Assembly: GCA_004431415.1 (NCBI GenBank)
Contig: QPMI01000261.1
Span: forward strand, 1 to 64,000
Length of the DNA: 64,000 nt
Direction of reading: 5' to 3'
DNA from: Cyanophora paradoxa CCMP329
Lineage: Eukaryota; Plantae; Glaucophyta
Positions 49,213-59,612 of the stretch are shown here, piece after piece. Below the pieces are notes generated by a model. The model searched no databases. It was not told where the DNA came from and was given only the letters and a program-made list of their open reading frames with translations. Position numbers and translations under genes: made by a program. Every line of letters begins with the position of its first letter. The stretch's first letter is position 1.

Positions 49213-49419
49213 GGCGGCATCCCGCTCCCTCTTGCCCCACCTGCTCGCCCCTCCCGCCCCCTCTTCCGTTGCCCCCGCCGGCCCGCCCTTCCGCTGCCCC
49301 AGCCGCTCTCGCCCCTCCGCGCCCCTCCTCTGGCCTCAGAGCCCCTCAGAGCCCCTCCTTTGCACCCTCGCTCCTGTCCCCGGCATCCGTCTCGCATTCT
49401 CTAGATCTCCATTCGGACG

Positions 49420-50607
49420 TCAGGGGGCGGGGCGGCCCTCGGCGGGGAAGATGTGGGGCAGCGCCCGCGGCAGGTCCTCTGCGGCGGCGTCACGGGGCGC
49501 GGAGGCTGCGCGGCGCCCGGGGGGGCACCGATGGCGGCGAGCGTGCAGTCGGCGTCGCGCGGGTCGTGGCGCGCGTGCCCGACAAGGAGCGCGCGCAGCC
49601 CGGCGGCTCGCGCGCCACGCGTGTTCGCGGCGGAGTCGTCGACGAGGGCGACGGCGTCAGGGTCGCGGAGGCCGGCCTCGCGGAGGGCGCGCGTGTACGC
49701 CTCGCGCGCCGGCTTCACGTGCCAGCCCAGCCGCTCCGCGTCGATCACCCCGCGACGGCCGCCGCGGGAAGGCCGACCCGCTCCAGCACCCGCGCCGCGT
49801 GCTGCCGCCCCGCGCCCCGCCCCCGTCGCCCCGGCGGGGCGGGGCGGGGCGGGCGGCGCGGGTACCTCGGCGTGGGCGTTGGTGAGTACGTAGAGGGGCA
49901 CGGCGGCGCGCTGCAGGGCCCGCCGCGTCTCCGGCGCCAGCGGCGGGATCCTCTCGTACGGCAGCCCGTCGTAGACGAACCGCTGCCGCCGCGTGCCGCG
50001 GGGTGAGAGCCCGCTGGGGGGGCGGGGTGACCCCGCGCACGAGGTAGAGCTACGCCGCCCCTGGATACGCTACGAGGAAGTCGGCCTTGGGATACACGCA
50101 CGAGGAAGTCGGCCTTGTCGGGCGGGGCGTACGCGACCTCGCCCCGCAGCCGCTCCGGCACCACCCCGGCCACCAGCCCCGCCAGCGTCATCCCGTGCAC
50201 CCGGACCGCCTCCTCCATCACCTCTGCGCCCGCCCCTCGAGCTCGCACGCGCGCCCAGGGCGCGGGCCGGTGCAGCACCGCGCGCGGCGTGGCTGGGGAT
50301 CCCCATGCGCTCCCGCATGTACTGGAGTATGCGCTCCGTCTGCCAACTCCAAATGCCCGCCGATCTGCACGCAGCAGTTCATTCCGCGGCCGCCGCAGCT
50401 CAGCCGCAGTTTAGCTCCTGACCGCGGATACAGCGTGTCGTCGACGTCGAGCAGCAGCGCCTCCAGCTTCACGCCGGCGAGCACGCAGACCAAGGGCTGC
50501 GGCCCAGATGCCTGGCGCTCGCGGGACGCCGGCGCGCGAGAGAGCAGCGAGCTTTGCAGGTAGAAGTAGAGCAGGACGGCGAGCACGCCGAACACCTCGC
50601 GCCTCAT
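49420..50607 (-). CDS. HAD-superfamily hydrolase (SDT1/pyrimidine 5'-nucleotidase-like) with N-terminal hydrophobic leader
   Basis: LLLDVDDTLYP (motif I), HGMTLAGL, YVLTNA (motif II), KPAREAY (motif III), LVDDSAANTRGARAAGL (motif IV). Confidence 0.88.
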
Positions 50608-50873
50608 CCCGCAAGCCGCACTTCAATTTGGCGGCCAGCTGCAGGCCGCCTCAGCTTTGCGCCCCGCGAATTCGATTGATCTTTAGCTTCGACCTGACGC
50701 GCTTGCTGGCCGCTTAATTGCTGGCGCCCGCGCTTGCTGCGGCATCGACTCCCGAAGGGATGGTTTTCATGCGCTAGCTGTGTACGTAGCAACGTTAACC
50801 GGCGCCGCGGCCGCGCGCAACATGCGTACTATGATATTTCGTGCTCGAACTAGGCCTAGACTGCGAGCTCGAG

Positions 50874-52288
50874 CTAGTCTGCGGGGCCCCGGTCTGCGGA
50901 CCCGCCGGAGGAGGCGTGGGCGAGGAAGAAGCGATAGAACTCGGGGTCCTCGTAGGTCGCCGTCCAGCTGTCGTGGTCCGCCTGCGCCTCCGCGATCAGC
51001 CGCCGGAGCTGCAGCGACAGCCGCGCGCGTGCACATTCATGCGCACACGCATGTGCATATGCACTCGCGACCGTCGGACCGCACGCGCATACGCGCCTAG
51101 ATCTCACGAATCCCTCGCGAATGCATCTAGATTTAGGTCTAGGTCCAGCGGGGGTCAGCGCGCCTGGGGGTAGAGGGTTGTGCGGAGGACGGGAGCGCCG
51201 GCGGCCTGCAGGGCGGCGATGAGGGCCTTTGAGTACTCCGCAGGGATGATCTCATCCTGCGCCGTTGGGGCGCGTCATTAGCTGCAGCCCCCGTGCGCGT
51301 TGCTTGCAGCGCCTGCAACTCGGCGAGGGCCGGGGGTCCCGCGCCCACCTGCTCCCCATGGATGACCCACGTCGGGATGTGCTTGATCTGCGGCGGCTGC
51401 TCAGGGCCCCGCGCGTTGAATGGGGCGGGAAGGGGCGCGCGGCACGGGCGACGGCGGAGGCGTTGCGCTCGGGGGCGCCGGCGCAGACGGGGGCGAGAGC
51501 GGCGAAGCGGTCGGGCAGGCGCTGCGCGAGGGCGAGCGCCCCGAAGCCACCCATCGACATTCCCGTGCTGCCGGGCCGCGGCCCACGTCGGCCACGCCGG
51601 CGGCCGGCGCGGCGGGGGCGGGGGCGGGGGCGGGGGCGCACAGGTAGACGCGGGCGGGGTCCAGGGGCAGGGCGGCGAGGGCGGCGGAGAGGTACTCCGC
51701 GAGGGCCTCCGCCTCCCGGCCCCAGTCCGTCCTCCACGGGCACTGCGCGGGCGACGGCGTCGGGGCGCGCGCGCGCGCGCGGCGACAGGCGATGTTGGGT
51801 ACCTGCGGGGCGAGCACGGCGAAGGGAAAATTGGTGAAGGGGAAGGGATCACGCTCCAGTACTTCGGGAAGCCCGACCTACCGGCCGCGCGTGTGGGTCA
51901 GATCAGACTTAGCTGGACTAGGCCTAGGCCTCGCGCGCCGTGCGGGGCCGTCGGACAGACCTTGACGAGGTCGCGCGGCTTGTCTCCCGACTCGCCCCTT
52001 CCGTGCAGAAAGAGGATCGTAGGAATAAGCCCGCTGGCCGTGGCGCCGGCGCCGCTTGGCGTGTACACGAGACCGTTCAGCTTTCCGAAGCGCCTCTCCT
52101 TCCATCGCGAATCCGCAGCGCTCACGTGGGGAAGAACCGCCGGCCTCTCGTCAAGCGGGGTTAAGTTCAGGACGCGGAAGTCGAATTGCGGGTGCTCCGC
52201 TCCAAGGGCGATCTCAATTTCGTCCTGTGAGAGGATTCAGCGCGCTATCTCCGGAGCGTCATGTACGCACCGCCTGCGCGGCCCGCAT
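50874..52288 (-). CDS. Alpha/beta hydrolase (esterase/predicted peptidase of bacterial type)
   Basis: PTILFLHGRGESG, FAVLAPQ|CP, DPARVYL|TGMSMGGFG (GxSxG), PDRFAALAPVCAG, IPTWVIHGEQ|DEIIP, LYPQ|ADHDSW. Start at 52288, or up to 52539 if the upstream TM segment is used. Confidence 0.88.
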
Positions 52289-52537
52289 GGTGCTCTTACC
52301 GACTTGGTTCGACCAGCTCAGGATCGCAGCGACGAGCAGAACGCCTGCAACGAGAGCCAAGAACTTCCGAGAAACATTCCAGTCCTGCCCCAGCTCGACA
52401 AGACAATGACGGTATGACGGCGTACCCACAAAAACGCGGCTTGGTACGGTGACAGCACCGAAGCGCTCGAGAATCGCTCGGCTTGCAAGCAAACAACGGA
52501 AAAACCACAGCGGAGCGCGTCCGGAGGGGGCGTAGAC

Positions 52538-55500
52538 ATGTGGCGGGCCAGCTCGCGGCTGGCCGCGCTGGCCGTGGGTCTGGCTGCCCTCGCGGCGATT
52601 GCGAGCGCTTCAAAGCCACCTGGTGCGCTCTGGACGCTCGCCGTGGACTCCCTGGGCTAAACTGGGCGACCAGGGTCGCGGTACTACGTGCGCCAGGGCG
52701 GGTTCTTGAACCTGGACTACGGGCCCTGCCTCCCGTGCATGCTCTCCGCGTTCCTTGTCGCCGAGGTGCGCTCGGTCGCGGGAGCGGCGTCGCGTCCGGC
52801 GCTGACGGCGCTGCAGGAGGGCGTCGTGGAGATGCTCGTGCTGGACGCGGCGAACTACGAGGCCTTCACGCGGAGGGAGCCCTACAAGGCCCTCGTCGAG
52901 GCGAGCGTCGGCGCGCAGGGCGACCCGCCCTACCGGTCCGCGCGCCCGCGCGCCCCGCGTGTGCGGCGGGGCACAAAGCAGGCGGCAGGTTCCTGCCGCA
53001 GACGGCGGTGCGGCTGCAGGAGAACGAGCGGCTGCACGTGGTGCTCTCGGCGCGGCGCTCGCCGCCGGGCGCGCCCTTCGCCAGCGTCTTCTTCGTGCAC
53101 CATGTCTTCACGTCTGGTGCGGGCGGGCGGCGCGACGCCGGCCGCCGGCGGCCCGACGCGCCCTCGCAGAGCGGTCGCAGAGCACGACGATCACACCGGG
53201 GCAGGGCAGCTCGATCGCCATCTCGCCCTTCCCGTGCCCCTGCACGGCGCGCCGGGCGGGGGGCTGCGGGGCGCGCTGGGGCGGGGCCGGGGGGCGAGGG
53301 CCGGGGGGGCGCAGGTGGTGTACGAGGTGGCGACGGGGGACCCGGGGCGGCAGCTCGTCTCCGTCATCGTCCTCGACGAGAGCAACTACGCCGCCCTCAA
53401 GGCCGGCCGCCCCGCCCCGCGCCCCGCGCCCCGCCGGGGGCGAGGGGGCGGCAGGAGGGGCGCCCGTACGCGACGTACACGGCGCTGAGCCAGCCGAACG
53501 GGGTCGGGGCGGCGAGCGTGGGGCCCGCCATCCTCGAGGAGACCAACCGCACCCGCATCCACCTCATCATGGCCAACGCCCAGGCGCCCCCGCCCCGCCC
53601 CGCCCGCCCCCCCGGCCCCTCACGCCCCCCAGGCGGCCCCCATCACCCTCGCCTACACCGCCACCGTCACCGGCACCGGTGCCGGCCGCCTCCCCCGCCG
53701 CCGCCCCGGGCCGACGGCGGCGCAGGCCGCCCCGTCGTCTACGTCGCCGGCGAGGCCGCGACGGCGGGGGCTCGGTGCGAGGCGGCCGCGACGGGGCGGC
53801 CGCAGCGGGGTGACGGGGCCTGCACGGGCGCAGATCAACCTGCTGGGGAAGTTTTTGGGCCCCGCGAACAGCGCCCCCGAGGTCACCCTCGGCGGCCGCC
53901 CCTGCGCCGACGCCAAGGCCCGCCCCCCTGCTCTCCCCGCCGCCGCCCCCGCCGGGGTGCGAGGCGGGGCCGGCGGTAGGTGGTGCTCGAGAGCTACGTG
54001 GTCAGCTGCACCGTCCCGCCCGGCGCCGGGCACCACCTCCGTGCGCCCCGCGGACACCCGGCGGCGGGCGGGCGGGGCGCGGCCGACGGGCGCAGCGGTG
54101 GCGGTGCGGGCGGCGACGGGCCAGGAGAGCGCGCCGGGCGAGGCGACCTTCTCCTACGCCGCCCCGTCGTCGCCTCCGCCACCTCCGCCCGCCCGCCGGC
54201 GGGCCCGTCACCGTCCGCCCGCCCCGCCCCGCCCCGCCCCGGGCCGGGCCGGAACGGCGGCGAGGGAGGGGGCGGGCAGGTGCGGGGAGAGAATTTCGGG
54301 GAGGTGGGCACGCCGGTGGCCGTCTGGATCGCGGGGGCGCCCTGCACCGGCGCCGCCGTCGCCGTCCCCACACCGCCATCACCTGCACGGTGCGGCCGCC
54401 CGCCCGCCCCACCGGGCCCCCGGGGCCTCTGCGAGGCCGGCAGGCGGGGGCGGGGCGCGGGGCGGGCTGGACGTGCTGGTGCGGGTGGCGGGGCGCCTCT
54501 CGGAGGCCTCCGGCGCCGCCAAGTTCGCCTACTCCGACGCCCGCCCCTCGCCGCCCTCTCCTCCGCCCTCCGCCCCGCCCCGCCCCGCCTCTGCCGGCCC
54601 CGCGGGGCCTCGGGCACCCCCGGCCGGCCGCTCCCGCCGGCTGCGGAGCAGGCGAGCGGGTGCCGCCCAACGCGGCGGTCGCCCGCGCCGAGCACGCCGC
54701 CGCCGTGCGCCCCGTCCGCCGCCTCGCCCGCGCGCGCCGAGGCGCTCGCAGGACGGGCTCGAGTGCGCGGGCTCGGCGTGCCTGCCGCGCGCCAGGCTCG
54801 CCTGGCTCGCCTCTCTCGCCCTCGCCGCCCCGCCGACGAGGCCCCGCGCGCCGCCCCGCCGCCCCGGCCCTACCGCGGCGGCGTGCGCGGCGGCGGGCGG
54901 GCGCGGCGGCGGGCCGTACGTGAGCTTCGTGCTCGCGGCGCCGGCGGGGGCGGCCGGGGCGGCGCGCCTCCAGCTCTTCGTCGACGCGACGGCGGCGCTG
55001 TGCAGCCGGTGCGCGGGCGGGGCGCGGGGCGGAGCTTTGGTGCGGGACCGACGGGGGTGCAGGACGGGCCTGGAGGCGGAGCTGGTGGTGGTGGAGGGGC
55101 CCCCGCGGGGGGCGAGGGCCGCGCGGCCGACGGGGTGCGCTGGGGGGCCACCAACGCCACCCTCCTCCCGACGCGCCTCCTCTCCGTCCCCGAGGAGGCC
55201 CTCCCCCGTGCGCCCCACGCGCCCCTCCACCCGCTGCCCGGCCCTGGGGCGACGGCGGGCAGGGGCGGGGGGCGGGGAGGCGCGCTGGGCGGCGCTGGTG
55301 AACGCCGGCGTGCGGCGGGCGCGCGGCGAGTTCGTCTTCGTCACCAACCACGTGCGCCGCCGCCGGCGCGGGGCGGGGCGGGCGGGCGGGCGGGCGGGCG
55401 AGCGGGCGGGCGGGGCGCAGGACGTGGTGCTCTCGGAGGCGCTGGCGGCGGCGCTCGCGACGCGCGCCCTCCGCCCCGACGCCGTCTACCTCGCCCGCTC

Positions 55501-56147
55501 CTTCGCCGCCCGCGCCCTCCTCCCCGTCCCCGCCCGCACCCCCGCCCCGCCCGCCCCGCCCCGGCTCACGAAGGCGCGCGCGCAGCCGGGGATGCCGCTG
55601 GAGGAGCTGCTGCGGGCGTGCATGGACGGCGGCGTCGCGGCGCCGGCGCCCCACCTCGGCGTCCCGCGCGAGCAGTGGCGCGCGGCGGCGGCGCGCGCGG
55701 CGGCGCTGCACGGGCCGGCGCTCGACGTGTCGGACCCCGCCGACGTGCTCGTCGACCAGCCGCAGGACGGCCTCCTCCTCCACCGCACCGCCTGGTGCGC
55801 CCCCGCGCCCCCACCGCCCGCGCCCCGCCCTCACCACGCCCCGCAGGTGCCTGCTGCGGGGGTGCCGGAGGGGCGGCGGCGGGGAGCGCGCAGGAGCGGG
55901 GGCGGCGGTGGTGGCGATGGCCGTGGCGCGCGGCCTCCGCCCCGTGCTCTTCAACGCCCCCGCCGCCCTCTTCCGCCTCGCGCCCGCCCCGGGGGCCCCC
56001 GGGAGCCCCGAGGCGGCCTTCCCTCCGCGGGTGCACATCCCGGGCCCCGAGGCGCTGCACGCCGCCCGCACGCGGCCCTTCGCCCTCGCCAACCCCGACC
56101 CCTGGGGGCTCCCCTCCCACCCCGCCCTCCGCGAGACCCCCGCCTAG
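52538..56147 (+). CDS. Secreted multidomain protein: duplicated beta module, two IPT/TIG domains, degenerate GT-A-like domain
   Basis: Signal peptide MWRASSRLAALAVGLAALAAIASA; repeat VEMLVLDAANYEAF / VSVIVLDESNYAAL; IPT-like VTLGGRPC..VSCTVPPGAG..FSY and VRGENFG..VWIAGAPC..FAY; C-terminal YVSFVL, ELVVVE, NAGVRRARGEFVFVTNH|DVVLS. Confidence 0.7.
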
Positions 56148-56267
56148 CTGCACGCCCGCCCACTCGCCTCCACGCCGAAGCTCTCGTGCCCTCTTCCGTC
56201 CTCCATTCTAGGTGGAAAGGACCCCTGCCGCAGTGCAGCCTGGAGCCCTGCATTACGGCGGGCGCGG

Positions 56268-56340
56268 CTGAGGGGGGGAAACTGAGGGGGGGGGGGGGGG
56301 GGGGCGGAAGCTGAGGGGGGGGGGAGCTGAGGGGGGCGAG
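56268..56340. repeat. Four CTGA-(G)6-19 units, G-quadruplex-capable
   Basis: ctgagggggggaaa ctgaggg...g cggaag ctgaggg...ga gctgagggggg seen directly; run lengths may be unreliable. Confidence 0.75.
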
Positions 56341-56538
56341 GGAAGACGCGGAGCTCGTTGCTTGCTTGCTACTGAGTTAGCCGCTGAGCAGTCCGCAGCT
56401 AATTCGCACGCTGGGCCAGTGGTGCCCCCTTCATCAACGGGCTGGAAGCATCCTCCAGAGCCGTGGAATCAGTAGTGTAGTAATTCGTAGCGCGATGAGC
56501 TTAGCCACAGCATTAAGCGAATAGCCGAGCCGGGCGCA

Positions 56539-57287
56539 ATGGGCGGATGCGCTTCTCAACCCCGTGTGAATCAGGAGCCCCTCAGCGTCCCACAAGCCCC
56601 CAGACCGGCACCGCAGCAGCTAGAGACGCCGTCCCAGCCTGCAGAACCTCCTCCAGCGATTCTGCCGTCCCAGCCTGCAGAACCTCCTCCTGCAGAAGAG
56701 CCTCCTGGATTGGCAGGAACGGAGCCCGTCTCCGACGCTGTGATCGAGACTCGGGCGCCAGAGCCGCAGAAAGAGATTTTCAATGAAGAGCTCGTTGCAA
56801 TTCTCCGTAAGGAGGAAGCGAGGACTCCCCTGGAATGGGCCCGCGTGCGCGCTCAGGCGCAGCGATCCTCCGCGACCCGTGCGGTGCGCGGCGCGCGCCC
56901 GCTGCGAGAGGATGCGCTTTATTGACCGCGCTGCAGCGACTGTGGGAGGAGATCGTCTCGTGGGAGTGCCGGTCGACGCTGAGGGGCCCGGGAAGCAACG
57001 GGGCGACCATGCAGAGCGCCGCCTTCGCCGCGCGCCTGCTGAAGGAGGGTCCGCCCCTGCCGCCCCCGCGCTCGCCCCGCCCGGGCATCCCTCTGATCCG
57101 CATGCCAGCCGGCGAAACGGATGTGGACAAGCGGTGGCAGAAGCTGCAGCGGGAGGCGCCGGCGCCGTTGGACGTGGGCGGGGCGGGGCCCCGGCGGGGC
57201 ATGAGCGGCGGCGAGGCGGCGGCGGCGGCGGCGGCGGGCGGGGCGATCCTCGGCGTCCTCTCGGCCTTGTCCTTCGCCAGCACATAG
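56539..57287 (+). CDS. Hypothetical N-myristoylated Pro-rich protein
   Basis: MGGCAS acylation motif; duplicated PSQPAEPPPA; one GT-AG intron joins TPLEWAR|RLWEEIVSW in frame; hydrophobic C-terminus. Confidence 0.65.
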
Positions 57288-58455
57288 CTCCGCCACCGCC
57301 ACGCGCAGCGTGGCCCCCACTCGCCAGCCCTCCTAGCCGGCGCCCTGTGCCCACAGACGATACGTATACTATACTGCCTTCCCAGTATATTTCCTTTAGT
57401 TTTCAGTTCAGACTATCATTCAGTTTTCCAATCGATATCGAGAGATCTAGATCTAGACTCTCCGAGCTCGCCGAGTCGAGGCTCGCGCGCGCTCGCCGAG
57501 TCGCGTGCAAGTGGGCTCCAGCCGGCCCGGGCGGACGCGCCCCAGGCCTAGCTATAGGCTAGGCCTGCGCATGCAAGCGCAGACTGCAGCTGCTGCCTGA
57601 TCGCGCGCCGCCGGGCCAGCGCTAGCACTGCGCTTAAAGCTTCCACTAGCTATAGCTATAGCTATAGCTATATATAGCTAGCCGCTGAGCGCGCGCTAGA
57701 TCGGTGCTCGGTGCGGTGCATCGGCGGGGGTAGATACTGCTGAGGGACACGGCGCCCACGTGTTGTCGTGCCCTCAGCCCTGGCAGCCGCGGCGCCGGCG
57801 CCGCGGCCCGGCGGCCGGGCGCGCGTTTGCAATTGATCATCGGATCAGATGATCATGAAGCTTTAAGCCGGCGGTGAGTTCGGGTTGATTGGGGCCGAGT
57901 TCGAATTCGCGATCGATCACCGGTACCTGCGCATGCAGACTGCAGTTGCCAGTTTCGGGGTACAGTCGCTTCTGGAAAGGCACCCAAAGTTCTGGCGGGT
58001 TCTTCCGTTCTGCCGCACCAGCAAGCCAGCAAGCCCTGCAATCGGAGTTCTAGATCTCAACATCTAGATAGTCTCTCGGCCGCCTTAGCTTCCCGCCGGA
58101 GACACTCAAAAGGCCGGTGGCGACAAATCATCGCCAGCAAGCAGGTCCGCTCATTCGTGTTGATCGCCGGGCAGCAGAGTGTGGGAATGACCAACTAAAC
58201 CGGCTGGGAGTCCCCGCGGCGGCCATTTGGACGGTCTAGACGTTGATCGGCCTCCCCAACGAACTATCATAGTGGGTCTCGCACATCGGAAAGAGATCAG
58301 CGGCGTGAAATGCTCTAGATGTGGGTTGGATTAGCACCTAAAGACGACCTGAGCCGGCGACGGCGGCCTGGGCCGGCACCTTGATCGAACGCTCGCTGAG
58401 CCGTCGTCATCCGACGCAGGTCGTCCAGACCTCCCAGCGAGTTTTTACTCGCATC

Positions 58456-59299
58456 ATGGACATTGAACAAACCTTTGGGTGCGTCTTGCGCAGTCCCGCG
58501 CAGCCGGCGTTTCGCGTGATAACTGAATGTACCTGGTCGCATCTCCAGCCGTCGGCGCGCATCTCCGGAACCCTTTGATCGGCCGACTTCCCGAGATGTC
58601 TTGAGTAGTCGTGTGCGCTCTCGCAGTGCCTCTTACCCCGACGAGACGAAATCGAGGGTCCGCAAAGTTTGCCCGCCATCCGATCACTTCTGACATGGGT
58701 CCTCAGACGCCCTCACCGACGTTCACAACCTTTGGTCCTGGCGTGGATGAGGATGAAGGCATCCCGAGTAAAGCTCGGCGCACGGCGCAGACACCCAGTC
58801 CACTATCCTTCGCCTCGAACTTCGGCCATCGCACGGACGAGGCGGATTCTGATGCGGACAATCACGATTCGGAGCGTTCCTGCGATCATTGCGGTGAGCT
58901 GTTCGGGGCTGACCGCGCCAGCACCACTTTCGCAGCGCCCGTTTGACCGCCGTCGCCGCAGGGTCCAAGCACACCTCGCAGTGGCGCAAGGGGCCCAACG
59001 GCGCGAACACGCTTTGCAACGCGTGCGGTCTGCACTGGAGCAGATCGCAGAAGCGGGGCGGGCGGAGTCAGACGCGGAACGTGACGCCGCCGGCGAAGCC
59101 CGCGGCGGTGCGCCCCGCGGCGCTCACGCCGGCCGCCACGGAGGTCTCCGCCTCGCCCATCGCCTTTCCCGCGACGGCGGCGCGGCCTGCATCGCCCCTT
59201 CCCGCCGGCTTCTCGATCCTCCTCGCCGCCGCCGCCCGCGTCGACGGCGGCTTCGACTCGGCTTCTTTCATTCGCACCCAGCGATCCATCCTTGCCTAA
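58456..59299 (+). CDS. GATA zinc-finger transcription factor (C-X2-C-X18-C-X2-C)
   Basis: CDHCG|SKHTSQWRKGPNGANTLCNACGLHW after splicing. Start approximate. Confidence 0.9.
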
Positions 59300-59612
59300 T
59301 ATAAGCAGATGCGATCGACAGTATGCAGGAGCCATCCTGCTTGCCAGCAGTTGTTCATGTGATTTTCAGTCAGCGTACCTTTCTGCTTTGCAACTCCAGC
59401 AGTGAAATTATTTACCCTTTCTCATGCCCTTTCGTGTTTGTTGCTCCCCGTTTATTATGCTAGGCTCTTTGTATGGCGTTCGTCATGTGACGGCTGGACG
59501 AGCCACAGTCAGCCCTTTAAGCAGTGCACAATCTTTGTGTGAATATCGTATCATAGCAGCTACCTGTTTGTCACCTACCCAGAGTCCCCCTGTACTAATA
59601 TACGCTTTGCTT

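Noticed and set aside
57827-57927. Cloning-vector polylinker contamination
   Set aside because: The site order matches no vector I recognise, and similar chains recur in many spacers and inside introns.
58318-58331. GATGTGGGTTGGA upstream of the GATA gene, complementary to the element's 5' leader
   Set aside because: Only an 11-nt perfect match, which is expected by chance given the number of positions compared.
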